From Octopus vulgaris (taxonomy: Eukaryota): a stretch of 64,000 nt of DNA. Location of the stretch: contig OX597821.1 in NCBI GenBank assembly GCA_951406725.2, forward strand, positions 71,238,001-71,302,000, given 5' to 3'. Below the pieces are notes generated by a model. The model saw nothing but the letters and a program-made list of their open reading frames with translations, ran no database searches and was not told the DNA's origin. Positions 1 to 12,185 of this stretch are shown piece after piece. Within the stretch, counting starts at the first letter, position 1; each line of letters begins with the position of its first letter. Position numbers and translations under genes: made by a program.

Positions 1-595
1 AACTATATTCATGAGAATACGCGCGTAAAACATACAAATCTGCACGTACATACATACAAAAATACCTTGTTGTTAATGTTGAAATTCCAATGAAGGAGCC
101 CTGGATCTAGGTTAGAAACCGGTTCTTTCTCTATTGACAAGAAATTTTGAAATAAGCTGAATAATGACACATCTATACATATTGGGGCCCTGGGATATGT
201 AATACAATGCCTAAATATCAATCTTGAGAAATTAGGCTTCTCAAAACCAGAAAGGAGAAAGCTAATTCGAAGACTACAGATCCAGCCCATCCCTGGAACT
301 GTAAAAATCTTTAAAACTTTCCAGAAGAATTATCATTTAAATATATATGAACATGTCAAGATAAGTAACTCTATGCATGAGAACACATACATAAAACATA
401 CAAATCTGCACGTATACATATATACATTCATACACAGACACATACATACATACATACATACATACATACATACATACATACATACATACAAACATACCCT
501 GTTGTTGATGCTGAAATTCCAATGAAGGAGCCTTGGATCTAGGTTACAAACCGGGTCTTCCTCTATTGGCAAGAAATCTTGAAATAAACTAATAA
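1..595 (+). mobile_element. Two tandem 3' ends of an RLE-type (R4/Dong-like) non-LTR retrotransposon, with (CATA)n inside and after
   Basis: 181-339 translates IGALGYVIQCLNINLEKLGFSKPERRKLIRRLQIQPIPGTVKIFKTFQK, the IGALG...LQ...GT..I C-terminus of restriction-like-endonuclease LINEs. The 3' UTR (gaaattccaatgaaggagcc.tggatctaggtta.aaaccgg...gaaataa.ct.aataa) occurs at 1-164 and again at about 367-595. Confidence 0.8.
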
Positions 596-802
596 CATAC
601 ATGCATACATACATACAACCATACATACATTCATACAGGTGTGGAAATGTAAACTCACTGGAACGGCCAGAGATATAAGTACAAAGATGTGTGTGTGTGT
701 GTGTGTGTGTGTGTTCCTGTGCGTGTGTGAGTGTGTGTGTGTGAATGTGTATGCCTAAAACAAATACATGTATAAATTTGCTTGCATGTGTGTGTGCAAT
801 AT

Positions 803-843
<41 letters not shown>

Positions 844-1615
844 CATGAGACACGTACATGCACACACGTACATGCACACACACACACACACGTGTGTGTC
901 AGCGTATTTCCTTAATTCACCCGTTTCGCCGGAAGAGGAAGCGTAAAGATAACGATTTCTTTCATACAAACTGAAGGACGGTTTCCTAAACGATAGGTTC
1001 CTCTCTCTCTTATTTTTTTTTTTTTTTACGAGGAAATCAAAGCTACAATTCTAGAGAATAGTAAGAAGAGGAGGGGGATGGGGAAACAAATAAACAAAAT
1101 ATGGTCTATTCTGATAAGTGCTAAATATTGAAACCATTTATCTGTCCCATCCCCCACTTCTACCCCCCGCATCATTTAAACTAGAGACAGTTGGGAGGAC
1201 AAATAGGAAGAACAAAATATTTATTTGTGAAGTTTTGCCAGAGAACGACGTTGGATGGCAAATTCAATTTGTAACGAGTTGGACAAAAATCTACCTCAAT
1301 TCCACGGTCCTCACGTACCACATGACATCTACACACCCATCACACTTACCCACAACCTTGTGCCACTCCAGTTCCAATGTTGCATACCACTACACATATA
1401 CATCCTTTCAAAAACCCACATACACACACATACCCCTATATTCATCTCTACACGGATACTTACCTATGCTTGCATCCACCCATACCCCTCATTCCTTACT
1501 CACCTCTATAGAACTGTTTTCCCACCAGGCCCCTAACCCCGTCACTCGTTCTTCTGTATTTTCCTTCCACCAACAACTTTTCTCATTCACTCTTCCTCTG
1601 TATTTTTGGTCTCTT

Positions 1616-1658
1616 TCTTCTGATGAAGTAACAGCGTCCGAAACATCAAGACGTTTTC
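1616..1658 (+). ncRNA. Degenerate minimal hammerhead motif in a Penelope-like end
   Basis: TCTT-CTGATGA-agtaacagcgtcc-GAAA-CATC-AAGA. Core and stem I (TCTT/AAGA) are intact; stem II is decayed. The downstream ttcattccttcc..taataa..ttgttcc resembles the 22140-22357 element. Confidence 0.55.
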
Positions 1659-1837
1659 ATTCCTTCCTTAACTAATAAAGCGTTTATTAAAACTTGTTCC
1701 TTCTGTGCTGTTTCTCTTTTTGAGGTCAATATCTTCACAATGTATTTGGGTAATTCTTTAGTTTACACAAAAGGGATCTCGTTTTTACTCTTCCGATACA
1801 GTCCTGTACTACTCCTTCGTATTTGCCCCTTCCCAAT

Positions 1838-2254
1838 ACTCTTTACTCTTTACTCTTTTACTTGTTTCAGTCATTTGACTGCGGCCATGCTGGAGCACCG
1901 CCTTTAGTCGAGCAAATCGACCCCGGGACTTATTCTTTGTAAGCCCCAGTACTTATTTTATCGGTCTCTTTTGCCAAACCGCTAAGTGACGGGGACGTAA
2001 ACACACCAGCATCGGTTGTCAATCAATGCTAGGGGGATAAACACAGACACACAAACATATACACACACTTATATATATATATATACATATATACGACAGG
2101 CTTCTTTCAGTTTCCGTCTACCAAATCCACTCACAAGGCATTGGTCGGCCCGGGACTATAGCAGAAGACACTTGCCCAAGATGCCACGCAGTGGGACTGA
2201 ACCCGGAACCATGTGGTTGGTTAGCAAGCTACTTACCACACAGCCACTCCTACG
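1838..2254 (-). mobile_element. tRNA-headed SINE family A, near full length
   Basis: Minus strand reads TGGCTGTGTGG (A box), GGTTCAGTCCC (B box), CTTGGGCAAG (CORE-like start), an internal (TA/TG)n tract and a (GAGTAAA)n tail; near-identical to 11076-11480, 16171-16650 and 50020-50420. Confidence 0.9.
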
Positions 2255-2901
2255 TGATAATTACATTAATGCTTACTCGTAGTATTTCTTAAAATTCCTA
2301 ATAAGCCGTATATGACATAAATACAATTGTTTGGTTAACGGAAGACGAAGCACAAAACGGTGTCCGACGTTTACTCATTTTTCGGTCTTTCAACTACGCA
2401 CATATACGCACACACATACATATACACACATAAACACACACTCAGCTACACACACACACACGCGCACACACACACACACACACACGTGTGTCAAGTTACT
2501 GAAGTAGTCTCCAATATTCTGTTGATCGATCTGATTGCTCGAAACATCAACAAGTCTTCGTATCAATCCAAACAGTCCTAAAACTCTCCCCTAAACATCC
2601 CCTCCCCCAAAATCCAAATAATGCAAACGAATGATATATTGTCAAAAGGAAAAGAAACGACGGGAGAGTCACGATTGGAATGTCTCTAAGTTTACTCAGT
2701 GGAGTTGATTCGTCACATGAGTTACTATTTGTTTCTATTTCATAAATATAAACAGCCATATTTTGGTGGTGATGTCGGTGCTTTTAGGTTGCTCTGTATT
2801 ATTAGATGAACTCTTGGAAAACCATCTGATGAGTGTCTTTTCGGCGAGAAACTTTCAGTAATCTAGAAGTAATCATCATTAATAATGAAACCCTACCGCC
2901 C

Positions 2902-2957
<56 letters not shown>

Positions 2958-3002
2958 GTTTGTGTATGTGTGTGTGTGTGTGCGTGTGTGTGGTGTGTGT
3001 GT

Positions 3003-3069
3003 ATAGTAAATCCAAAAAAGAAAAACAGACACAAAAAAACAACAACGCGAGGACGTGGTACATGTAAAG

Positions 3070-3073
<4 letters not shown>
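3003..3073 (-). mobile_element. Truncated fragment of the Penelope-like element seen at 22140-22357
   Basis: taaatccaaa..aacaacgcgaggacgtggtacat..gtatta matches the reverse complement of about 22285-22355; embedded between (TG)n and (TA)n. Confidence 0.7.
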
Positions 3074-3122
<49 letters not shown>

Positions 3123-3383
3123 CAAAAATTTTATACAAAATTTTATACTATATTATATTATAATATATATATAAAATATTATAATAATCCAGGTTTCTCG
3201 AGGCACTGGGCCACTTGGTGTTGAATAGATATGCTATTAAATTAGTATCTAATTCTCTCACCCTTATTAATTAATTATATATATATATATATATATATAT
3301 TCTATTTCACGCATTAACTAGTTTTTGTTCGTATCACTGCATGCAAATACAGTTCTTTCTTTCTTTCTTACTCTGTGTGTGTG

Positions 3384-3425
<42 letters not shown>

Positions 3426-3517
3426 CGTGTGCGAGCAATGAGAAAAAATGAATAGAAATGTCTTTTCTGATAATTTTCCTACTTTAAAAATAAGATGTTT
3501 ATATATAAAAATAAGAT

Positions 3518-3624
<107 letters not shown>

Positions 3625-3678
3625 TCAAAGTAGCAATTTGGTTTCTTGCTTTACTGTTTGAGATTAGTGAAGAGTTAC

Positions 3679-3764
3679 TTGGGAGCCCACTCTGGCGCCA
3701 ACAAGGTTCCCACTCGAGCCTGCAACCCAAACATGTGGAACAGAGTTGTGCTTAGTGGACACGG
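3679..3764 (-). CDS. Candidate internal coding exon (possible exon 2 of the 61140-61200 gene)
   Basis: Strong acceptor gtctttcttttcag| before a GC-richer unique island. The phase-1 frame reads (A)[28 protein letters not shown]. The donor CAA|GTAACT is weak, and read-through stops four codons later. Confidence 0.3.
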
Positions 3765-4360
3765 CTGAAAAGAAAGACTCCCATTTTGTTCCCTCCTTCC
3801 AACCTAAATGTCACATACCAATGAAGGCGCCCGTATATATATCTTACTGGATACTGTTCAGTCACTTTGAAGATTATATATGCACTCTTTTGAACTTGCG
3901 GTCGTGCGCGTCAAGCGCGAAGAAGATAAAGTAAAACAAATAAATAAATAATGGCTGTAAACATAACGCCAGCACAGTGCACCATCACCACGCATTGTAT
4001 ACCCGAACCACCCATACACCCACCACTCGCATTCCTTCTTCCCCCCCTCTCTCAGTAATTAAGTTGCTGAGATTTAAGATTACGATGTTGTTGCTTTTTC
4101 CCAATGTGCTTCCGGTCTAGACGCGGCATGTAAAATCCTATTCTTACACGTTTATTCCCTTAGGAAAGGCATGAACTTCACAACGTTTTATTTATTCTCT
4201 TCTGGAAAGTATTAAGTTTATTTCTATACGAATTATTAGTACAACCCTCCTTATCAACACAGTAGACAGTATGAAACGCCGTACTAAATATCTTAGTGTT
4301 TTATCCTGGTTTCGAATCACGCATGTGGACGAAAAACAGTTATGTGATACGATCATTTAT

Positions 4361-4795
4361 GAACGCAACGGCAGACGAAATACCTATTTCTTTATTGCCC
4401 ACAAGGGGCTAAACACAGAGGGGACAAACAAGGACAGACATAGGTATTAAGTCGATTACATCGACCCCAGTGCGTAACTGGTACTTAATTTAATCGACCC
4501 CGAAAGGATGAAAGGCAAAGTCGACCTCGGCGGAATTTGAACTCAGAACGCAACGGCAGACGAAATACCTATTTCTTTATTACCCACAAGGGGCTAAACA
4601 CAGAGGGGACAAACAAGGACAGACATAGGTATTAAGTCGATTACATCGACCCCAGTGCGTAACTGGTACTTAATTTATCGACCCCGAAAGGATGAAAGGC
4701 AAAGTCGACCTCGGCGGAATTTGAACTCACAACGTAACGCAGACGAAATACCGCTAAGCATTTCGCCCGGCGTGCTAGCGTTTCTGCCAGCTCAC
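4361..4795 (-). mobile_element. SINE family B tandem array (about 2.3 units, 185-bp period)
   Basis: The unit gaacgcaacggcagacgaaatacc...gaaaggatgaaaggcaaagtcgacctcggcggaatttgaactca recurs at 4361, 4546 and about 4730. Minus strand has GAGTTCAAATTCC (B box) and GCCTTTCATCCTTTCGGGGTCGATAAATTAAGTACCAG, which resembles the MetaSINE central domain. Confidence 0.9.
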
Positions 4796-5924
4796 TGAAA
4801 TATCATCGATGGAACTAGCAAAAGAATTTGGACGAGACTGAAGTAAAGAAAGATTCCGGATTTACGACGGTAGATCAGTCGGTTCTATGAAGCCGAACTG
4901 GAGATCATGCACAAAAGTCACCAGTTCGGTGGTCGTCGACTGCACCTAACGGATCAATAAGCCACCCAGTCACCCCCTATCGCTTCTGCTAATGTACTGT
5001 CGTTATTATTTATGCAAATTAGCAAAGAATCTACTTTCTATTATTTGATTAAAAATTAACTTCAACTGGTGGTCTGTAAGTTTAAGAGGATTTACTCGGA
5101 CTAAAAGTTGCTAGATATTGTTTGAGCAAAGAGGGGAGAGATAAAGCCAAATGTTTTTGTATTTCTACTTGTTTTGAATATTTTTTGTCCATGTTGGTCT
5201 ATGTCTCTCCCCCCCACCACCACCTTTTTTTTCCTGAACCCGATGACTCATCAGGCCGATTATATGGTTCCCAAGCCGTATAAATGATCGAGATCACAAT
5301 ATTCTATCAAAAACAGAACCAAAAACTTCAAGTATTATTCATGTAAAGTACGCAGGTCTGGCATCAGTGTGACAAGAAGTTTGTTAAGCAGCGTTCAATG
5401 TTGTTTCTGAAAGTGGTGTTGTGTATTTCTGTCGCGGGGGAAAATAGTGGAAAACTTTGCTATTGTCAAAGATAGAATGATTGGCGCGGACGGGAGCGTT
5501 GCTGGCGTTGTTGTCATTGAAACCAACGCATGTATTTACTGTACAAATAATAATAACGTAATTATTGGTGGTGGTGGTTGTAGTAGAAATGTTAGTGGCA
5601 GAGAAATGTTAGTTGAATAATGCGTTTCAGAATCGCTGAATGTAGTGTCAAGTTATTTAGGAGTGAGAACTGATCAAGCAATGCAAACAGATAATAATCC
5701 TGGGATATTATTTTTTTTGTTCTGTCGAAGTAAATTGCGTTTTAGTATTATAAAAGAAAAAGGAGGTGTCGTGGTTGGTGGAGAAAAAGACGAATAGGAA
5801 TAATAAAACAAGAAAAATAAATATAAGGGAGAGGAAATTCGCGTAAAGTTAGCTAAAATGTTTTCCCATGCTGAGCGTACAATTAAAGACATCAACAAAG
5901 CAATCAAAAGTCAGCGCATGAGAC

Positions 5925-6120
5925 TAGTTTGTTGCATGATCTGTTAGAAATAGCAGCCAAATCTCCCTCAAACTACATCATACTGTCTGAAGAAAGAACT
6001 CGTTAGATAATCTGGACGTGTGTTCGTTGCGTATAAAAAAAAGATTCAGCAGGAATGGTCACGGCTAGATTGTTTCGATCATAAGCCTGTGATCTAGGAT
6101 TCAGCGACAACCCGAACAAT
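5925..6120 (+). repeat. Old dispersed repeat family F
   Basis: Motifs ctgttagaaatagcagccaaatctccctcaaa and atggtcacggct...gatcataag recur in decayed form near 10780, 13030-13170, 23900, 42770(-), 46770, 51460(-), 52100, 55810, 57480, 57960(-) and 58700(-). Confidence 0.7.
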
Positions 6121-6562
6121 TTTTTTTAAAAAAGACAACAAACAACCACATTAACAAGAATAATTATTTTAAAGAGAAACAAGGTCCACATATCTGGGGG
6201 CAAGGAGCACGTGACATCAATGGATGGCAGGTAAAGTTGAGCACTGCGGGGTTTCAGCTTAGAATGTAAAAGAGCTTTAATAGCACAAAATATTTTCTCC
6301 GTTGCTCCACCGATTTTGCCATACACCGTCCTTAATAATTCCTAACATGAGCATAAGACCACAAATAAATAAGAAAAGAGCTATTTGGTTAATCAACCCA
6401 GAACATGGTACTTTATTTTATCGATAGCAGAAAGGTAAAGTTGACCGCAGCAGAATTTGAGTATAAAGAACCGGACCAAACAGCACAGGGAATTTTGTCC
6501 GACGCTCTAATAATCTCGTCACCCAACACTGATTTCGAACGTTTGGGGCTAATACGTCACGC

Positions 6563-7260
6563 ATGAATACTTTCCTAAGTAATTTCCAGCTGCGGTGGAG
6601 TGGACATGTGGCACGCATGCTCGACTCTAGGCTCCCTAAACAGATCTTCTTTGGTGAACTTGAAGTTGGCTTTCGGTTACGTGGTGGACCAAAGAGGAAA
6701 TGCAAAGACGCTGTCAGGACAACCTTAAAAAGAGAGCAATCTAGAGCAGTCTACCTGGAAACATCATCCTCAAAATTACTCACTCTGACATAACGCTGTG
6801 TATTCTGGAGTAGAGTCCTCAGAAATGATGGGAGAAGCTAAAGAGAGGAAAGCTGTACAGAGTCTTGATTCTACTATTACCTACCTCTGTGGGGGCGCAT
6901 GGCTTAGTGGTTACGGTGTCAGGATCATGATGGTAACATTGTGGTTTCGATTCCTGGACCGGGCGACGCGTTGTGTTATTGAGCAAAACACTTCATTTCA
7001 CGTTGCTCCAGTCCACTCAGCTGGCAAAAATGAGTAACGCTGCGATGGACTGGCGTCTCGTCCAGCTGGGGAACACATACGCCATTGAAACCGGGAAACC
7101 GGGCCCATGAGCCTGGCTAGGCTTTAAAAGGGCGCATTTATTTTATTTATTACCTACCTCTACAGTAACTGTAGGTTTTATGTTAATATTAGCATAATAA
7201 ACCATCTCAAGACCATCAAAGAATAAAGCTGATAATTCGCTCATCTTCGGAGACATGTAA
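6563..7260 (+). mobile_element. RTE/BovB-like LINE 3' remnant, interrupted by a SINE
   Basis: QLRWSGHVARMLDSRLPKQIFFGELEVGFRLRGGPKRKCKD is the typical RTE post-RT motif. After the SINE, a decayed zinc-knuckle-like end (NC..INHLKT) and atcttcggagac follow. Confidence 0.85.
6889..7147 (+). mobile_element. tRNA-headed CORE-like SINE family C with 14-bp TSD
   Basis: TGGCTTAGTGG A box, GTTTCGATTCC B box, TTGAGCAAAACACTT CORE-like segment and (ATTT)n-like tail. TSD tattacctacctct at 6875-6888 and 7148-7161. Confidence 0.9.
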
Positions 7261-8153
7261 AAGTAAGGTCAGAGGGCAGTCATATTTTACAGAGGTGGCA
7301 GTGAAAGACACGAATCATAGGCCTTGAATAGTACTTTATCGGCTTCGGAAAGATGAATCGTTGACCTCTACAGAATTTGAACGTTGAAACATAAGACGTA
7401 ACTCGATACTCGAAGACATTTGTGTCCACAGATTTACTGTATTCGATCTCCTCACCCCACTGCCCTCTACTTCCTCCAAATGAAACCAAACTCAACCGAA
7501 CTGAGCAACAAAAACGATATCATATTAATTTCGCTTATGTTGACAATAAATATCATAAGAACCAGAAATAACAAACTCAAACATACAACAAAAATAAATA
7601 AATAAAATTATCCAAAATTTTATAAAGTAAATAAATAAAAAAAAGAATAGGGTTCGCTGAGTTAAGTATGCTTAGGGGACGTTTAAAACAAAATAGGTTA
7701 GGAAAACATTACATCAAAGGAGACTTCAATGTTTGGTAAAAAATCAGCCAAAATAAAACGGTTTGAAAGACGTATGATATCGGTTGTGTGTTTCTTTTAC
7801 AGAGAAAACCTGACCGTCAGCTGTTGACTGGCGGAAACGAAAAACACTAAAAACGTTTTGGTGGTTCATTATTATTATTATTTCTTTTTTGTTTGTTTTC
7901 TTTTAGATTTTGTTTCGTATTGGTCGTTGCTGTTTTTGTGACAGCTTCGTTGTTGGCTTCCTTTTTTCTTTTTTTCTGTTGTGTGTTTCGTTATTTCTAC
8001 GATAAGAACAGATTTGATAATAGACGACTATTGAGGAGTTTGTTGCTATTTCTTCCGCTTTTTTGCACTTCTTTTCATTCTTTTTTTTTTCTTTCCTTAA
8101 ATCCTAACAACTAAAGCAAATAAAGGAAAGCTTACAAGAATCTTTCAAGTTGG

Positions 8154-8154
<1 letters not shown>

Positions 8155-8205
<51 letters not shown>

Positions 8206-8260
8206 CCACCACCACCACCACCACCACCACCACCACCACCACCATCATCATCAGCATCAC

Positions 8261-8303
<43 letters not shown>
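8155..8303. repeat. Compound trinucleotide microsatellite (CAT)n-(CAC)n-(CAT)n-(TAT)n
   Basis: Direct reading; source of the spurious poly-H/poly-Y ORF. Confidence 0.97.
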
Positions 8304-8896
8304 TGTTAATTAAGACAAGAGATGTTCCAAACAGTAAGCCAGAGATAAAAACGAATCAACAGGGCATCGAAGTGGGAAAAAAAAGAAAAGCCGTCCCCAA
8401 AGACAAATATATGCACTCCGCCCCCCCTCCTCCACACGCAGTCTATGATCGAGTGATAAGTTGTGAGTGTGTGTGTGTGTGTGTGTGCGCGTGTGTGTGT
8501 GTGTATGTGATGAAGTGTATGTGGGTGAGTGTCGACTACAACCTCAGTTCGACCCAAGTTTTGTGATTGAAAACCCGGCTAAAAGACAAGTTCCTATGAC
8601 GACAAGCAGTGGGATCGAACCTGGGATGCTTAGTTGCTAATCAAACCCCTTAACCACTCAACCACTCACGTGTGTGGTTGAGTATGTATGGGTGATTACA
8701 CACGTACACACACACACACTCAATTATTCTTTTATTAGTTTCGCTCGTTTGACGACGGCCATGCTGGGGCAACACTTTTAGAGAATTTTAGCCAATCCCA
8801 TCGACTCTCGTACATTTTGAACAAATAATCTCGTCTCAGTTATTTGGACGTAACTGCTCCAATGAACACTCAAACACGCACACACACACACACACT

Positions 8897-8943
<47 letters not shown>

Positions 8944-9185
8944 CACAAAGAGGTAGTTTTCGACTTTGCCAATTAAGTCGTTTCTAATTAAGAGAGAAAT
9001 CACAACGGGAGGTTCTTTTCCCGTTGAAAAGAGCAGAAAAAAAGGAAAGCAGTGTTCGTTGGCTCGTAAATATTCGCTCAGTGATAACAAGATGGATACG
9101 TAGTTCGTTTGTAACAGACATGATGATACCGAGCGGGGCCGTTGGGGGCGGGTGCTGATGTTCGCCGTCTCTCACCAACGTGATT

Positions 9186-9198
9186 TGACCTTTGACCC
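9186..9198 (-). promoter_or_regulatory. DR1 nuclear-receptor-type motif GGGTCAaAGGTCA
   Basis: TGACCTTTGACCC on the plus strand, inside a unique GC-richer island (about 9100-9240). Confidence 0.3.
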
Positions 9199-9243
9199 TA
9201 CACACAGGTACATCCATCTCTGATCGGAAGCAAAATAATCGTT

Positions 9244-9610
9244 AGGCGTGGCTGTATGGTAAGAAGCTTGCTTCCCCAGAACATGGCTCCTGGTCCATTC
9301 ACACTAAGAGGCGTCAAAGCCCTTTCAGTGGATTTGGTCGACGGAAACTAAAAGAAGCCCGTCATATATATATATGTGTGTGCGCGTGTCTGTGTGCGTG
9401 TTTGTTCTACTACCATCGCTCCGCAATCATTGTTGGTGTGTTTACATCCCCGTAATTAGCCGTTCTGCAAAAAAGAGTGACGTTAAAATAAGTACCAACA
9501 TTTTTTTAAAAAATGAATAAATCCTGTGGTCGATTCGTTCGAGTAAAATGCTTGAGGGCGGTGCCCCAGCATGGCCGCAGTCTAATCACTAAAGCAAGTA
9601 AAATATAGCA
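9244..9610 (+). mobile_element. SINE family A, degenerate
   Basis: ggcgtggctgtatggtaagaagcttgc...ggaaactaaaagaagcccgtc...ccagcatggccgcagtc. Confidence 0.8.
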
Positions 9611-9682
9611 CGTATAAAGACGTGTCGAAGTATTTCTTTGTTTTATTTGGACTACATATATATGTGTGTGTGAGTGTGTGTG

Positions 9683-9737
<55 letters not shown>

Positions 9738-10185
9738 GCGTGTGTGTATAATAGGTCCTGTAGGGTAGAAAGTCGGTGTATTTCCAATGCACTGCTCAAC
9801 TCGAATCCCTATCTCTCTCCTTTCTCCAACTGGGATCTTCTCTTATCTTCTTTCCTATATTTAGTATTATTATTATTATTATTATCGTTTCGGTTTTGTC
9901 CATCAGTTTTGCACCATTTTACTTCTTATCTTTCCACTTACTCTTTCCTCGCTGTATAAGCTACATAAAATACTGGACAGTCGCCCAATGTTCTTAAAAG
10001 CGCATCTTTTGATGCCAGTCTCCTGAAGTGCCACACCAATGTAATCAACCGAAAAACTCGCATGACTTAGGATAATGGAATCGTTTACGAGCCATGGCAT
10101 TAAAAAAAAAACGGAGTGGCACCAAAACGACTGCAACTGATAATAAAGATGCGCTAATTTCATTCTTCGCTTTCTTATTTGGATT

Positions 10186-10217
10186 ATCTATCAATCCATC
10201 TATCTATCTATCTATCC

Positions 10218-10281
<64 letters not shown>

Positions 10282-10621
10282 CTCACAATGGACGGACAAT
10301 AGTCATATCGGCTCCACGTAAGTTGGCCACTTTTACATGTTTAAAACTCCTTGTTGTCAAATATTGTCCGTTGTCCGTCCGTCCGTCCGTCCGTCCGTCC
10401 GTCCGTCCGTCCGTCCGTCCGTCCGTCCGTCCGTCCGTCCGTCCGTCCGTCCGTCCGTCCATCCATCCATCCATCCATCCATCCATCCATCCATCCATCC
10501 ATCCATCCATCCATCCATCCATCCATCCATCCATCCATCCATCCATCCATCCATCCATCCATCCATCCATCCATCCATCCATCCATCCATCCATCCATCC
10601 ATCCATCCATCCATCCATCCA
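10186..10621. repeat. (TATC)n followed by compound (GTCC)n-(ATCC)n
   Basis: Direct reading: TATC about 10186-10280, GTCC 10373-10460, ATCC 10461-10620. Confidence 0.97.
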
Positions 10622-11075
10622 CTGATCTATGAACAAACACATTCAAGTGTGTATCTGATGCTTTCGTTTCTTCAGCTACAGCCATCATGAGCATAGGACG
10701 AATTACAGCATTCTGGCTCATTAAACTCGACCTTTGCTACCATTGTGACCTTTAATCTCGACCGCTGCCACCCACCATAGTGACACTTAAACGGGAAGGG
10801 ACATTGGATAATGTAGTCCTAGATGCATTTCTCTTAATGATGGTCACTAATAGACTGTCTTAGGCCATAGCTTTGCACTATAAAACCTGACCTAATCTAA
10901 ACACCAGCAACACTTATGCGATCTAATTTTAAATGCTTTGTCCAGCGCCGCCATCGTCAACCTACAGCTACGGGCTAATGGAGCGACTAAATAACGACCG
11001 ACTCTTTTATAGTCCGGGGTATATAAATTACTAGGTCGGTATAGTTTGACTATGCCCCGAGCATATATATATATA

Positions 11076-11480
11076 TACTCTTTACTCTTTTACTTGTTTC
11101 AGTCATTTGACTGCGGCCATGCTGGAGCGCCGCCTTTAGTCGTGCAAATCGACCCCGGGACTTATTCTTTGTAAGCCCAGTACTTATTCTATCGGTTTCT
11201 TTTGCCGAACCGCTAAGTGACGGGGACGTAAACACACCAAGATCGGTTGTCAAGCAATGCTAGGGGGACAAACACCGACACACACATACACACACATATA
11301 TATATATACATATATACGACAGGCTTCTTTCAGTTTCCGTCTGCCAAATCCACTCACAAGGCATTGGTCGGCCCGGGGCTATAGTAGAAGACACTTGCCC
11401 AAGATGCCACGCAGTGGGACTGAACCCGAAACTATGTGGTTGGTTAGCAAGCTATTTACCAGACAGCCACTCCTGCGCCT
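11076..11480 (-). mobile_element. SINE family A, full length, within (TA)n
   Basis: Near-identical to 1838-2254; TA repeats on both sides. Confidence 0.9.
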
Positions 11481-12154
11481 ATATATATATACATTGATTA
11501 ATTATACAGTATTGCTAGACCGAATGGTTTGAATGTGTTTCTTCATAGATGTGTCCTGTGAGAGTAAACCTGGGGTTAAACATCAGCTACACTGCTCCAT
11601 CATATACTTTCTCTAAAGATCTGATCCATCAGGACAGGCCTAGGGCTAAACAACAACTCAACACTTCATCCAATGTATCACCATCCCTGCAACTGACCTC
11701 ACCACCGCCCCCATCATCGTTATTATAACCTTTGACTGAACAGCACCGCCTCCTTTCCAATCACCACCACCACCACAATCACCACCACCACCACAATCAC
11801 CACTACCACCACCACCACCACAATCACCACTACCACCACCACCATCATCATCATCACCTTCATCATCATCATCACCATAATTCCATCCGTCATCATCAGC
11901 AACATTTTTATTTTGTTGATCATTTCGAGAGCAACCTCGTTCATTTCACCCCACCTCACCCCCATCCCCACCCCAATCCCCACCCCACCTCCGCCCCGTC
12001 CGCCATCACTGCCTCTTCACCCAGCAATCAATCATTTCTCTCTTATGCTTGTCAAGTTATCTCCTTAAGGGTCTTCAGACATCTTCTGAACACCTAACTA
12101 GTTAACAGTGCTGCGCCGAATATTGTGTGTCTATACATGAGTCTATGTGTATGT

Positions 12155-12185
<31 letters not shown>

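Noticed and set aside
1118-1675. 185-aa ORF
   Set aside because: Low-complexity H/T/S/P composition typical of the CA-rich tail of a Penelope-like element; no RT or GIY-YIG motif visible.
2826-2856. CTGATGA...GAAAC hammerhead-like string
   Set aside because: Stem II would rely on G-U pairs with a mismatched closing pair, and there is no clear stem I or III.
4361-4795. CRISPR-like or satellite array
   Set aside because: Units are SINE B copies with no unique spacers; eukaryotic context and no cas genes.
4885-4940. Hairpin CCGAACTGG/CCAGTTCGG preceded by ctatgaag
   Set aside because: Only a 9-bp stem; both hammerhead core halves are broken, so no call is supported.
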